From an uncultured delta proteobacterium (GTDB lineage: Bacteria > Myxococcota_A > Polyangia > Fen-1088), in contig CAVYGB010000010.1 of the NCBI GenBank assembly GCA_963767925.1, positions 192,001 through 256,000 of the forward strand: a stretch of DNA of 64,000 nt. The letters run 5' to 3'. This document shows positions 44,335-53,775 of this stretch, piece after piece. Made by a program: the position numbers and the translations under genes. Each line of letters starts with the position of its first letter. Positions within the stretch are counted from its first letter, which is position 1. The notes below the pieces were generated by a model. It made no database searches. It was given only the letters and a program-made list of their open reading frames with translations, and was not told the origin of the DNA.

Positions 44335-46776
44335 ATGATCGTTAGCAACGACCGTGAGCAATCTGGCTCTATAAGCCGTAATGGAATTGGCGTCTTCGGA
44401 CGCGGTCTATTGGTCCTGGCCGGCGTATCGTTCGCCCTGGCCAGCCCGAACGCGGCCCAGGCCGCCCAGGATCCCGGGGAGGCGGCCGCCCAGGAGCCGG
44501 CAACCGAACAGCCAGCTGGCGCTCCCGGCGAGCAGCCCGCGGGCGATCCGGCCGCCCCGGAGGGCGAGGCCCCCTATCCGCGCATCGACCCGGCCTCCAC
44601 CCGGGAGCCCCACCTGCAAGGGGAGGTGCCCGCCACCGGCCGGGAGTGGGACATCACCGCCCTGTCGCTGGAGCAGCTCCTCAACCCCCAGATCACCACC
44701 GCCTCCCGCGCCGCCGAGAAGGCGACCGAGGCGCCGGCAACGATGTACGTCGTGTCCAAGAACGACATCCGCGCCTACGGCTACTCCACCCTCGAGGACG
44801 TGCTCAGGGACGTCCCCGGCATGGAGACGGTCGAGCGGTATTACTCCGAGCAGGGGACCCTGGTCCCGGTCCGGGGCGTCGTCGGCAACAACAAGATCAT
44901 CCTCCTGGTCAACGGCATGCGGGTCAACCCGCCGGGCGGCGAGGATCTCATCGTCCGGAACGACATCAGCGTGCGGGCCGCCGAGCAGATCGAGATCATG
45001 TACGGCCCGGCCTCGACGCTGTACGGACAGGACGCCATCAGCGCGGTCATCAACATAAAGACCAAGAAGCCGGGCGACGTGGTTGCCGAGGCGGTGGGGA
45101 GCTACGGCTCGACCAGCAGCGGCGAGGGCTACGCCTCCTTCGGGACCAACCTGCGAGAGAAGTCGGACAGCCCCATCGCCATCACGGGGTTTGCCCAGTA
45201 CAAGCGCTCCGAGCTCGCCGATTTCAGCAAGACGTACCCGGAGTGGTGGGCCAAATACAACACGTTCCTCACGGGCGTCGGCAACCGGACCGATGACGCC
45301 GCCGGCCCCTCGCGCGAGGAGGCCGGCCTGAACGTGTTCGCACGGGTGGAAGGCAAGACCGCCTCGCTGCAGGCCTGGTTCCGGGACAGCCAGCGCAGCT
45401 CGGCCGAGGGCAGCGGCGAAGGGCTCAAGAACCCGGTGCTGTTTTTCATCCCCGAGGCCCGCTGGCGGGACCGCTCGCTCGTCGTCGAGGGCCAGCACGC
45501 CCTCAACATCACCGACGACGTCACCCTGACCTCCACCCTGGTCTTCAACCGCTACGAGGTGCAGCCCGAGTCGCGTTACGTGTTCCCGGGTGGCCCCACC
45601 TCCCTGTTCCTCCAGGACTTCAAGTACGGGGTGGGGACCGGGCAGACCGTCGAGGAGAAGCTGGACTGGACGCTGTCCGAGTCGACCCGCTTCACCTTCG
45701 GGGTAGCGGCCTCGAACTTCGACATTCTCCCCAAGTCGACCGTGCTGGGCGGGGCCAACCGGGACCGCAGCATCGTCGAGCAGGCCGGGGCGCTCAGTTA
45801 CTACACTGCGCTCGACGCGGCGACGGGCCTGCCCGATCCGGCCTCTCGGCAGACGGTGAATCGAGCCATCGACCTGCACTACCAGCAGTACGGGGCCTAC
45901 GCCGAAGGCTCCCACCGCTTCATGGACAACCTCCGTCTCATCGGCGGTGTGCGGGTCGACATCAACTCCCGCTTCGACGCCACCCCGATCAGCCCCCGGG
46001 CGGCGCTGGTCTACAGCCCCCTGACGGAGCTGACGTTCAAGTACATCTTCACCCAGGCCTACGTCGCACCGGCGCCCTACTTTTTCCACAACGTCTTCGA
46101 CAACGGGGTGCAGATCAGCGCCGGGAACTCCGACCTGAAGCCGGAAACCGCTCGATCCAACGAGGTGAACGCGACCTGGCAGACCGAGAGCCTGCTCGTG
46201 TCGGGCAGCGGCTACTTCAACCAGCAGAAGGACCTGCTGCTGACCGCCCAGACCGAGCTGCCGGAGACGGTCCTCTACCCGATGGTCTACACGGATCCCA
46301 CCGACGCCACCCAGATCCGCCGGGTGGCCCGGGCGATCAATCTGGGGTCCAGCCGGGCCGTCGGGGCCGACATCTCGGCCCGTGTCAACCTCGGTCCGGT
46401 CGCGTTGCGTGGGTCGTATTCGTTCGTCGACTTCAAGCGGACCACCGGCTCCATCACCTCGAAGCTCGACAAGATCTCGGCCCACAACGTCCGGGCGGGG
46501 GTGACCTGGACCATTCTCCAGGGCCTCTCGATCACCCCCAGCCTGGTGCTGCGCTCGACCCCGGTCGAGCTACCCGAGGCCTGGAAGGACCTCGGGGTCA
46601 GCCTCAGCACACCCTACGAGGTCAACCTCCACGCGCTCTACACGCCGGTCAAGAACGTCGATGCCTACGTGCTGGCCCGGAACGTGACGAATAATAAGTA
46701 CGGCCTCCGCGGGGTCTCTGGCCCTGCCCTTCAGGAGCCCCTGTCGGCGATGTTCGGTCTTCGCGCCCGCTACTAG
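44335..46776 (+). CDS. TonB-dependent receptor
   Basis: Signal peptide; plug LSLEQLLN..ITTASR...APAT...EDVLRDVPG...LVNG...IEIMYGPASTLYG; barrel motifs LKPE, RNVTN; ends ARY. Confidence 0.93.
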   Translation: MIVSNDREQSGSISRNGIGVFGRGLLVLAGVSFALASPNAAQAAQDPGEAAAQEPATEQPAGAPGEQPAGDPAAPEGEAPYPRIDPASTREPHLQGEVPATGREWDITALSLEQLLNPQITTASRAAEKATEAPATMYVVSKNDIRAYGYSTLEDVLRDVPGMETVERYYSEQGTLVPVRGVVGNNKIILLVNGMRVNPPGGEDLIVRNDISVRAAEQIEIMYGPASTLYGQDAISAVINIKTKKPGDVVAEAVGSYGSTSSGEGYASFGTNLREKSDSPIAITGFAQYKRSELADFSKTYPEWWAKYNTFLTGVGNRTDDAAGPSREEAGLNVFARVEGKTASLQAWFRDSQRSSAEGSGEGLKNPVLFFIPEARWRDRSLVVEGQHALNITDDVTLTSTLVFNRYEVQPESRYVFPGGPTSLFLQDFKYGVGTGQTVEEKLDWTLSESTRFTFGVAASNFDILPKSTVLGGANRDRSIVEQAGALSYYTALDAATGLPDPASRQTVNRAIDLHYQQYGAYAEGSHRFMDNLRLIGGVRVDINSRFDATPISPRAALVYSPLTELTFKYIFTQAYVAPAPYFFHNVFDNGVQISAGNSDLKPETARSNEVNATWQTESLLVSGSGYFNQQKDLLLTAQTELPETVLYPMVYTDPTDATQIRRVARAINLGSSRAVGADISARVNLGPVALRGSYSFVDFKRTTGSITSKLDKISAHNVRAGVTWTILQGLSITPSLVLRSTPVELPEAWKDLGVSLSTPYEVNLHALYTPVKNVDAYVLARNVTNNKYGLRGVSGPALQEPLSAMFGLRARY

Positions 46777-47953
46777 CCGAGGCAAAGGGGTGGTCACTGA
46801 CCACCCGGACCGGTGAGCGCGTCAACCTCTCGATGCTCCGGAGGTTGGCGCGCTCTTCGTCGTCACAGAACGAGAGGGCGATGCCGGTAGCCCCCGCCCG
46901 GGCGGTGCGGCCGATGCGGTGAACGTAGCTCTCCGGCTCGTTGGGCAGCTCGAAGTTGATGACGTGGGTGATGCCGTCGACGTCGATGCCGCGGGCGGCG
47001 ATGTCGGTCGCCACCAGGACGCGCACCCTGCCCCTGCTTGAAGCCGTGCAGGGCCCGCTGGCGGGCACCCTGGCGACTTGTTGCCGTGAATGGCCTCCGC
47101 CATGAGGCCGGCCTTGATCAGGTGATCGACGACCCGGTTGGCCCCGTGTTTGGTGCGGGTGAAGACCAGCACCTTGCTGAGGGCGGGGTTGCGCAAGACC
47201 TCGATCAGCAGCGAGCGCTTGTTGCCCGCGGCGACGAACAGGACCGACTGATCGATCTGCTCGGCCGGGGTCGAGCATCGGCGCGACCGCGACCTTGAGC
47301 GGATTGTTGAGCAGCGAGGCGGCCAGCTCGGCGATGTCCGGCGGCATGGTTGCGGAGAACAGCATGTTCTGCCGGCGGGGCGGCAGCACGGCGAGGATCT
47401 TGCGGATGTCCCGGATGAAGCCCATGTCGAGCATCCGGTCGGCCTCGTCGAGCACCAGCACGCTGAGCGCCTCGAAGCGGATGTGCCCCTGCTCCATGAG
47501 ATCGAGCAGGCGGCCGGGGGTCGCTACCACCACGTCGGCGCCGCGGCGGATGGCGTCGACCTGGGGCTGCTGGCCGACGCCGCCGAACACGGTGGCGCAG
47601 GTGACGCGGACGTGGCGGCCATAGGTGCGGAAGCTCTCCGCGACCTGCAGCGCGAGCTCTCGGGTGGGTGCCAGCACCAGCGCGCGGGGGCCGCGCGCCC
47701 CGGCCGTCCGGGGCAGGCGGGCCAGCCGATCGAGCACGGGCAGGGCGAAGGCGGCCGTCTTGCCGGTGCCGGTCTGAGCGCAGCCGAGCAGGTCCCGACC
47801 CTGCAGGAGGTGGGGGATCGCCTGGGCCTGGATCGGCGTGGGCGTCTGGTAGCCCTCGGAGGCGAGGGCCTTCTGCAGCGGTTCGAGGAGGCTGAAATGC
47901 GCGAACGACGGAACGGACGGGAGGACGGGAGACGGAGCAATAGACGTATGCAT
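46649..47953 (-). CDS. rhlE: DEAD-box RNA helicase, RhlE-like (compensating apparent frameshifts ~47278 and ~47060)
   Basis: PTPIQ, AQTGTGKT, PTRELA, TPGRL, DEAD, SAT; middle frame LVFTRTKHGANR...IHGNKS; ATDIAARGID, YVHRIGRTARAG. Confidence 0.88.
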   Translation of the reverse strand: MHTSIAPSPVLPSVPSFAHFSLLEPLQKALASEGYQTPTPIQAQAIPHLLQGRDLLGCAQTGTGKTAAFALPVLDRLARLPRTAGARGPRALVLAPTRELALQVAESFRTYGRHVRVTCATVFGGVGQQPQVDAIRRGADVVVATPGRLLDLMEQGHIRFEALSVLVLDEADRMLDMGFIRDIRKILAVLPPRRQNMLFSATMPPDIAELAASLLNNPLKVAVAPMLDPGRADRSVGPVRRRGQQALAADRGLAQPRPQQGAGLHPHQTRGQPGRRSPDQGRPHGGGHSRQQVARVPASGPCTASSRGRVRVLVATDIAARGIDVDGITHVINFELPNEPESYVHRIGRTARAGATGIALSFCDDEERANLRSIERLTRSPVRVVSDHPFASASSGREDRTSPTGAPEGQGQRPRGGRTYYSSRSGPARRHRRS

Positions 47954-48358
47954 TCGATCCTTGGAAGACCCCGGGGCTCTCGTGCCGGGCGCTCGTGATA
48001 CGCGCCCTCGGGATCGGTTGGCGGCTGCTCCTGCAGGGACCGAGTCAGCGAGGCAGCCTGGCCAGAATCGGTGAGGGGCCGAAGGGGCCCGTTAGCGCAG
48101 TCCGGCAAGCTGCCGGACGCAGGACGAAACCTGGTTTGTAGCGACAGTGATGGGGGCAATCGTCCGGCAAGTCAAAGAAAAGTGGCAGCGGGCCGGGGCT
48201 ACCAGTTGGTTTGGTACCATCGTGACGCTAGAACTCGAATACTCTATGGTGGTTTTGCGAAAGAAGATGAAGCAGAAGATGCAACGTGTTATGTGGTCCA
48301 GCACGATGATTCGAGTGTGGTCTCCGTCCCTCCTTGCTCCTGCAGGGGGTAGCCGCTC

Positions 48359-48829
48359 GTGACGCGTGGGTATGCCGGTGGCAAGCGACAACGAGAGGCG
48401 GAGCGGGATCGGAAGAAGAAGGAGAAGCTCGAGCGCTTGCGGCACAACCGTGCCATGCGGGCGTCGGGCATGGACTCCTCCCACGATCCGTCGGGCGAGC
48501 TGGCCGATGGTAAGCTCCCCGAGGTCCGACTCGAAGACGTGGTCATCTCGGTGGCGCCCCGCCCCAAGCGCGGCACCGTCGGCCCGGTGAAGCTTTTCGT
48601 CGGTGGCCTGAGCTGGGAGACGACGACCGAGGACCTGACCAACGCCTTCCGCAAGTTCGGTCCCATCGTCGACGCTACCGTGATCCTCGATCGCGCGACC
48701 GGCCGCTCCCGCGGCTTCGGGTTCGTCAGCTTCGAAAAGCCGCCCGACGCCAACGAGGCGGTCAAGGCGATGAATGGCGCCGAGCTCGACGGGCGCATCC
48801 TCAAGGTCAACCTCGCCGAGAGCCGCTGA
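48359..48829 (+). CDS. RRM-domain RNA-binding protein with basic N-terminal extension
   Basis: RNP2 KLFVGGL, RNP1 RGFGFVSF, MNGAELDGR.LKVN.A; N-terminus KRQREAERDRKKKEKLER. Confidence 0.92.
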   Translation: MTRGYAGGKRQREAERDRKKKEKLERLRHNRAMRASGMDSSHDPSGELADGKLPEVRLEDVVISVAPRPKRGTVGPVKLFVGGLSWETTTEDLTNAFRKFGPIVDATVILDRATGRSRGFGFVSFEKPPDANEAVKAMNGAELDGRILKVNLAESR

Positions 48830-49221
48830 CCGGCGGCTCCCGCAGGGGGCCCAGCCACACCGTTCCAGCGCAGCACGGTAGCACCGGGGGGATCCACCGC
48901 CGGTGCGGACGGGACATTTCCGTTCGAACCAGCGCTCGAATGCGATTTCCCGACGCTCGTAAGGGCGTTGCTCCACTTGTTGGTAAACGCTGCGTCTGAT
49001 TCCACGTCCCCGCGGGAAACGGTCGCATGCCGCTCCTTGCCAGCAATCTCAGAGGGCCCCGATAGCGTTTCCCTGCCCGTCCTGAGGCTCGTACGCCACT
49101 TCTCCTTTCGCCCTAACCTATCCGCGCTACGCCCTGGCTTGATGTAGTTAGATGTGGCTCTTGTTTTGAGTCTGTACCATGATGGCCACGTTTTACGGTT
49201 CGGGTTGTCGGCCGGGCGATG

Positions 49222-49237
49222 TGGCGTCCTGCGTGCT
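49222..49237 (+). promoter_or_regulatory. Candidate sigma-54 promoter
   Basis: TGGCGTCCTGCGTGCT (GG-N10-GC) ~50 nt before ATG 49286, at the end of a long lower-GC intergenic region. Confidence 0.45.
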
Positions 49238-49285
49238 GCTGTTTCAGGTTGGGATGCAAAAACAACTGAAAGACGAGGATCTGTC

Positions 49286-50224
49286 ATGTTCCGAATGCTG
49301 AGGCGAACGGTTCAGATTGGCGCTTGCGCCGCAGTGCTGGCTGCCTGGTTGCCTGTTGCCGAGGCCGCGCCCGCTGCGTGCGTGGTGGCCTGGCGAAATG
49401 CAGACAAGCTGGTGAAGGTCGGGCAGCTGCGTTCGGCCAAGACGTCGATGCTCAAGTGTGCCCACTCCACCTGCGGCAGCGTCCTTTACAAGGAGTGCAG
49501 CCGCCGGGTGGCCGAGATCGAGGCCGACATGCCGACCATCGTCCCGGTGGTCAAGGACGGCAACGGCAACGCGATCTCGGACGTGGACGTGGTCATGGAC
49601 GGCGAGGTCCTGGCCTCCCGCATCGACGGACGCGCCGTGACGGTGGATCCCGGCACCCACGAGTTCACCTTCCAGCGGGGCAACTCCGTGCTGGCCGCCT
49701 ACAAGACGACCATCCTCCAGGGCCAGCGCAACCGGACCATCGAGGTCTCGCTGCGTGACGAGGACCGCCCGGTGGTTCGGTCTCGTCTGCCGCCGACCGC
49801 CATCGTGGCCAACCCGCCCGGTGGCGGGGCCGGCCAGAGCATGTCGATGGCGCCCGAGCAAGAGATCGACGTCGACATGGGTGGCCGGCGGCTGACGCCG
49901 GGGGCCGTCACCCTCGGGGTGGTCGGCGCGCTCGGTGTCGCCGGCTACGGCGGCGCCCTGTACCAGGGCAACAAGGAGAACCGGGACCTCGACGGCTGTC
50001 TGCCCAACTGCCGGCCCGAGGCGGTGACCCGCGTGCGCAACTACTATCAGGCCGCCCGGGTCTCGCTGGGCGTCGGTCTGGTGGCGCTCGCCGGGGCCGC
50101 GTACCTCTACTACACCTCGGACAACGAGGACTCGTCCGAGATGGCGATCGGTCCGGCCCGGGTTCGCTTCGACGTCCAGGCGGCCCAGGCGGGCGGTCTG
50201 GCCGGCTTCACCGGGCGGTTCTAG
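49286..50224 (+). CDS. PEGA-like exported protein
   Basis: Signal ending AEA; Cys-containing helical domain; VVMDGE...VDPGTHEFTF; two hydrophobic helices; ends FTGRF. Confidence 0.8.
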   Translation: MFRMLRRTVQIGACAAVLAAWLPVAEAAPAACVVAWRNADKLVKVGQLRSAKTSMLKCAHSTCGSVLYKECSRRVAEIEADMPTIVPVVKDGNGNAISDVDVVMDGEVLASRIDGRAVTVDPGTHEFTFQRGNSVLAAYKTTILQGQRNRTIEVSLRDEDRPVVRSRLPPTAIVANPPGGGAGQSMSMAPEQEIDVDMGGRRLTPGAVTLGVVGALGVAGYGGALYQGNKENRDLDGCLPNCRPEAVTRVRNYYQAARVSLGVGLVALAGAAYLYYTSDNEDSSEMAIGPARVRFDVQAAQAGGLAGFTGRF

Positions 50225-50366
50225 CTCCCTCGTTCCTCGCGCCCGGGGGCCTGCTGGGCACCCCGGGCCGCGAGATTGAGCGGTATTGGCCTGCGCCGGA
50301 GCGGGGAGCCCGATAAAAGGGCGAACGGGCCACGGCCCTCTGTCCCCCCCCGCACAGGAGGCCTTC

Positions 50367-52029
50367 ATGCTGCGATTCTCGCGTCCTGGTCGGCGTCGTC
50401 GTGCTCGGCGCCGCCCTGTTCGTCGCTGGCTGTAGCGCCGACCCTCCGGGCACGGCCCCCTCCGCACCCGAAGCGGGCGGCGGTGGCGGCGGCCGGCCGA
50501 GCGCCGGGAGAACGGGTGGGGATGGGGGAAGCGGCGGCGCAGGAGGTGCTGCCGGCTCCGGCGGCGCAGCCAGCTCGGGCACGGGCGGCAGCGGCGGCGT
50601 GATGAGCATGGACGGCGGCGTGGTGAGCGTGGACGGCGGCGGTGTGGACGGGCCGCCGGCGGCCCCGGTGGTGTCCGAGACGCCCCTGCCCCCTTGCGTG
50701 CGTACCGTCCCCGTGGCGGCGAGCGCCGCGCTGGGACCGGCCGTCACGGCAGCGCAGCCCGGGGACTGCCTGGTGCTGGCCGACGGCAACTACACCTTTC
50801 CGGTCATCACCCGGACCGGCAGCGAGGCGGCGCCGATCGTCGTGCGGGCCGCCAACCGGGGCAAGGCGGTGGTGAACAGCGGGGCGATTCACCTGCTGCG
50901 TTCAGCCTACCTGGTGCTGGAGGGGCTGGACATCACCAGCTCCGGCGCCAGCAGCAACCTGGCCCACGGGGGCAGCAACGGCATCCTGGTGGCGTTCACC
51001 GACTCCCATCATTGCCGGCTGACCCGCACCCGCATCCATCCGGCCGGTGCCCCCGCCGAGCGCGACTGGATCGTCCTCAGCGGCGGCGAGACCCACCACA
51101 ACCGCATCGACCACAACGACCTGGGCCCGGTCACCGCCCTGGCCAACATCCTGGTCATCGACGGAACCGGCCAGGAGGAGCCGCTCGTCCCGGGCCAGGT
51201 CTCCCAGCACAACCGCGTCGACCACAACTACGTGCACGACGTCAACAACACCGGCGGCAACAACTGGGAAGCCATGCGCATCGGCCGGAGCTGGCAGGGG
51301 CCCACCAAGGGGTTCAACGTCATCGAGCGCAACCTGTTCGTGCGGGCCAACGGCGACCCCGAGACCATCTCGGTGAAGTCCTCCGACAACATCATCCGCC
51401 ACAACACCCTGCGCGCGACCGCCGGCGAGATCGCCCTGCGCCACGGCAACCGGACCCAGGTGTACGGCAACTACATCCTCGCCGAGGGGAACGGCGGCTC
51501 CCGGGGCATCCGGGTCTACGGGGCCGACCACCGCATCTTCAACAACTACGTCGCCGACGCCAGCACCGGCATCTGGCTCGACGACGGCGCCTCCCCCGAG
51601 ACCGACGAGCCCGGCAAGGAACACTATCAGGTCTACCGGACCTGGGTGTTTCACAACACGGTGATCGGCCGGAACATCCGGGTGGGGGGCTCGAAGGCGC
51701 ACGCTCCCCTCGATTGCCGGGTGGCCAACAACATCATCACCGGCGCCGGTACGCTCAACCCCGACGGCACCACCCTGGTGGACGAGGGCAATCTGGTGGG
51801 CGGAGACAACCCGCTCACCCTCCAGGACGGGATCTTCCGCCTGCTGCCCAACGCCGCCGGCGCGCGCGCGGCGGGCAAGGCGGTCAACGCCGACTTCTAC
51901 GGCCTGGGCGAGGACATCCAGGGCCAACCCCGCGCGGCCCCCGACCTCGGCGCCGACGAGGCCTCGACCGCCCCCGCCACCATCCCCGGCCCCCTCACCC
52001 CCGCCGACGTGGGCCCCGCGGCCGAGTGA
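50367..52029 (+). CDS. Polysaccharide lyase family 6 / chondroitinase-B-like lipoprotein (apparent indel near 50382)
   Basis: RBS aggag + ATG 50367; lipobox VAGC; Gly/Ser linker; PGD.LVLADG.Y, EAMRIG, E.ISVKS.DN, LRHGN, RGIRVYGADHRIFNNY. Confidence 0.85.
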
Positions 52030-52051
52030 GACGCTCGAGCGAGCGGGCTCG

Positions 52052-52133
52052 TGCGAGGAGGGGGACTCGAACCCCCACTTCTTTCGAAACCGGAACCTAA
52101 ATCCGGCGCGTCTACCAGTTCCGCCATCCTCGC
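52052..52133 (-). tRNA. tRNA-Leu (anticodon TAG)
   Basis: Minus strand GCGAGGATGGCGGAACTGGTAGACGCG-CCGGA-TTTAGGT-TCCGG-long variable arm-GGGGGTTCGAGTCCCCC-TCCTCGCA; CCA not encoded. Confidence 0.95.
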
Positions 52134-52354
52134 TGGGACCCGGATAGCCTATCCCAGCGAATCGGGGCGCGTCTGCGGATTTTGGCGGGCGACAGGGCGA
52201 GGGGGGAGACGGTGCGACGGGTCGCCGGCTTGACGGGAGCTTGCGGCCGTGGACAACTGCTCGGGTTGTTTGCCACCTGGACAGGCGCGCCCGGGCGCGC
52301 GCCCGCCGCCTGCCGCCGCGCGGACCTGGGCCCTGCCGGGGGTCGCGGCTGCTG

Positions 52355-53737
52355 ATGGGCTCTGCCTCCCTGGTCCTGCTCGGTGGGCTGGCCGGCTCGC
52401 TGGCCCTGGCCATGCTGGCCGGGATCGCGGCGGGCGCCCCCCCGGAGCGGCGCTGGGTCGTGAGCTGGCTGGGATCGGCCCACGGTCCCTATCCGTCGGG
52501 CAACGGCTCGGCGCAGCCGGACCTGCGGCTCGTGTTTCCCACGCCGGCCAGCGGCGCCCGCGATCAGTCTTTCCGCCTCATCGTCCGCCCGGAGCTCTGG
52601 GGCTGCCAGACGCGCTTGCGGTTCAGCAACGCCTTCGGCAGCAAGCCGGTGACCTTCGCCGACGTCCACCTGGGGCTGCAGCTCGCCGGCTCGGCCGTCG
52701 TGGCCGGCACCAGCCGGCCGGTCGCCTTCGCCGGCGGCAAGCAGCGCGTGTCGGTCGCTCCGGGCGAGTCGGTCTGGAGCGATCCGGTCGACCTGCCCTT
52801 CGCCTGCGGCCCGGCTGCCGCCGCCCTGGCCGGGCGAAAGCTGGCGGTGAGCTTCCACATCCCCGGCGAGAGCGGCCCCATGACCTGGCACGCCAAGGCG
52901 CTGCAGACGTCTTACCTGAGCGCAGCGGGCGCCGGCGGGAAAGGCGCGAGCCGCCCCGCCGAGGAGAGCGAGGGCGGCTTTCCCTTCAGCACCACCTCCT
53001 GGTTCTTCCTCGACGCCCTCGAGATGGCGACCAGCGATCCCCGGGCCCACGCCGTCGTCGCCTTCGGCGACTCGATCACCGACGGGACCAACTCCACCCT
53101 CAACGGCGACGATCGCTGGCCCGACGTGCTGGGCCGGAGGCTGCGCGCCACCCAGGGCGACCGGGTGGCGGTGGTCAACGCCGGCATCGGCGGCAATCAG
53201 GTGCGCGGCCCCAAGCAATACAACGTGGCCAAGCCGGTGCCGGGAGGGCCCTCCGCCCTCAGCCGGCTCGAGCGGGACGTGCTGGCGCTGTCGGGCGTCT
53301 CCACCGTGATCTGGTTCGAGGGGATCAACGACTTCGGCAAGCAGAACGACGCCTCCCTCGAGGAGGTGAAGGCCGGCCTCCAGGAGGGCGTCGCGCGCAT
53401 GCGGTCCCGCCTGCCGGGCGTCCGCATCCTCGGCGCGACGGTCACCACCGCGCTCGGCGCGCAGGGCAACCACGGCCACGCCGAGGAGGACCGACGGCGA
53501 CAGGCCCTCAACGCCTTCATCCGCGGGGCCGACCTGTTCGATGGCGTCCTGGACTTCGATCGGGCGGTGCTGGATCCGGCGACCGGGCGGCTCCGGCCCG
53601 AGCTCGTGCACAACACGACGGTGGGGGGAAAGGGCGACGGCATCCACCCCAACCGCCTCGGGTACCTGGCCATGGCCCTCTCGGTGGACCTCGCCCTCTT
53701 CGAGCCCGGCGCGCGGCCGCCTGCCCGCCGACCTTAA
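52355..53737 (+). CDS. SGNH/GDSL hydrolase family exported protein
   Basis: LRFSNAFG N-domain; VAFGDSITDG, NAGIGGN, EGIND, GDGIHPNRLGY; start uncertain. Confidence 0.9.
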   Translation: MGSASLVLLGGLAGSLALAMLAGIAAGAPPERRWVVSWLGSAHGPYPSGNGSAQPDLRLVFPTPASGARDQSFRLIVRPELWGCQTRLRFSNAFGSKPVTFADVHLGLQLAGSAVVAGTSRPVAFAGGKQRVSVAPGESVWSDPVDLPFACGPAAAALAGRKLAVSFHIPGESGPMTWHAKALQTSYLSAAGAGGKGASRPAEESEGGFPFSTTSWFFLDALEMATSDPRAHAVVAFGDSITDGTNSTLNGDDRWPDVLGRRLRATQGDRVAVVNAGIGGNQVRGPKQYNVAKPVPGGPSALSRLERDVLALSGVSTVIWFEGINDFGKQNDASLEEVKAGLQEGVARMRSRLPGVRILGATVTTALGAQGNHGHAEEDRRRQALNAFIRGADLFDGVLDFDRAVLDPATGRLRPELVHNTTVGGKGDGIHPNRLGYLAMALSVDLALFEPGARPPARRP

Positions 53738-53775
53738 TCTCAATTAAACAATGTAATCTGACGAACGGTAGGGTC

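Noticed and set aside
52052..52133. tRNA-Leu as an integration site for an island
   Set aside because: No integrase, no duplicated tRNA 3' end seen, and no compositional break on either side.
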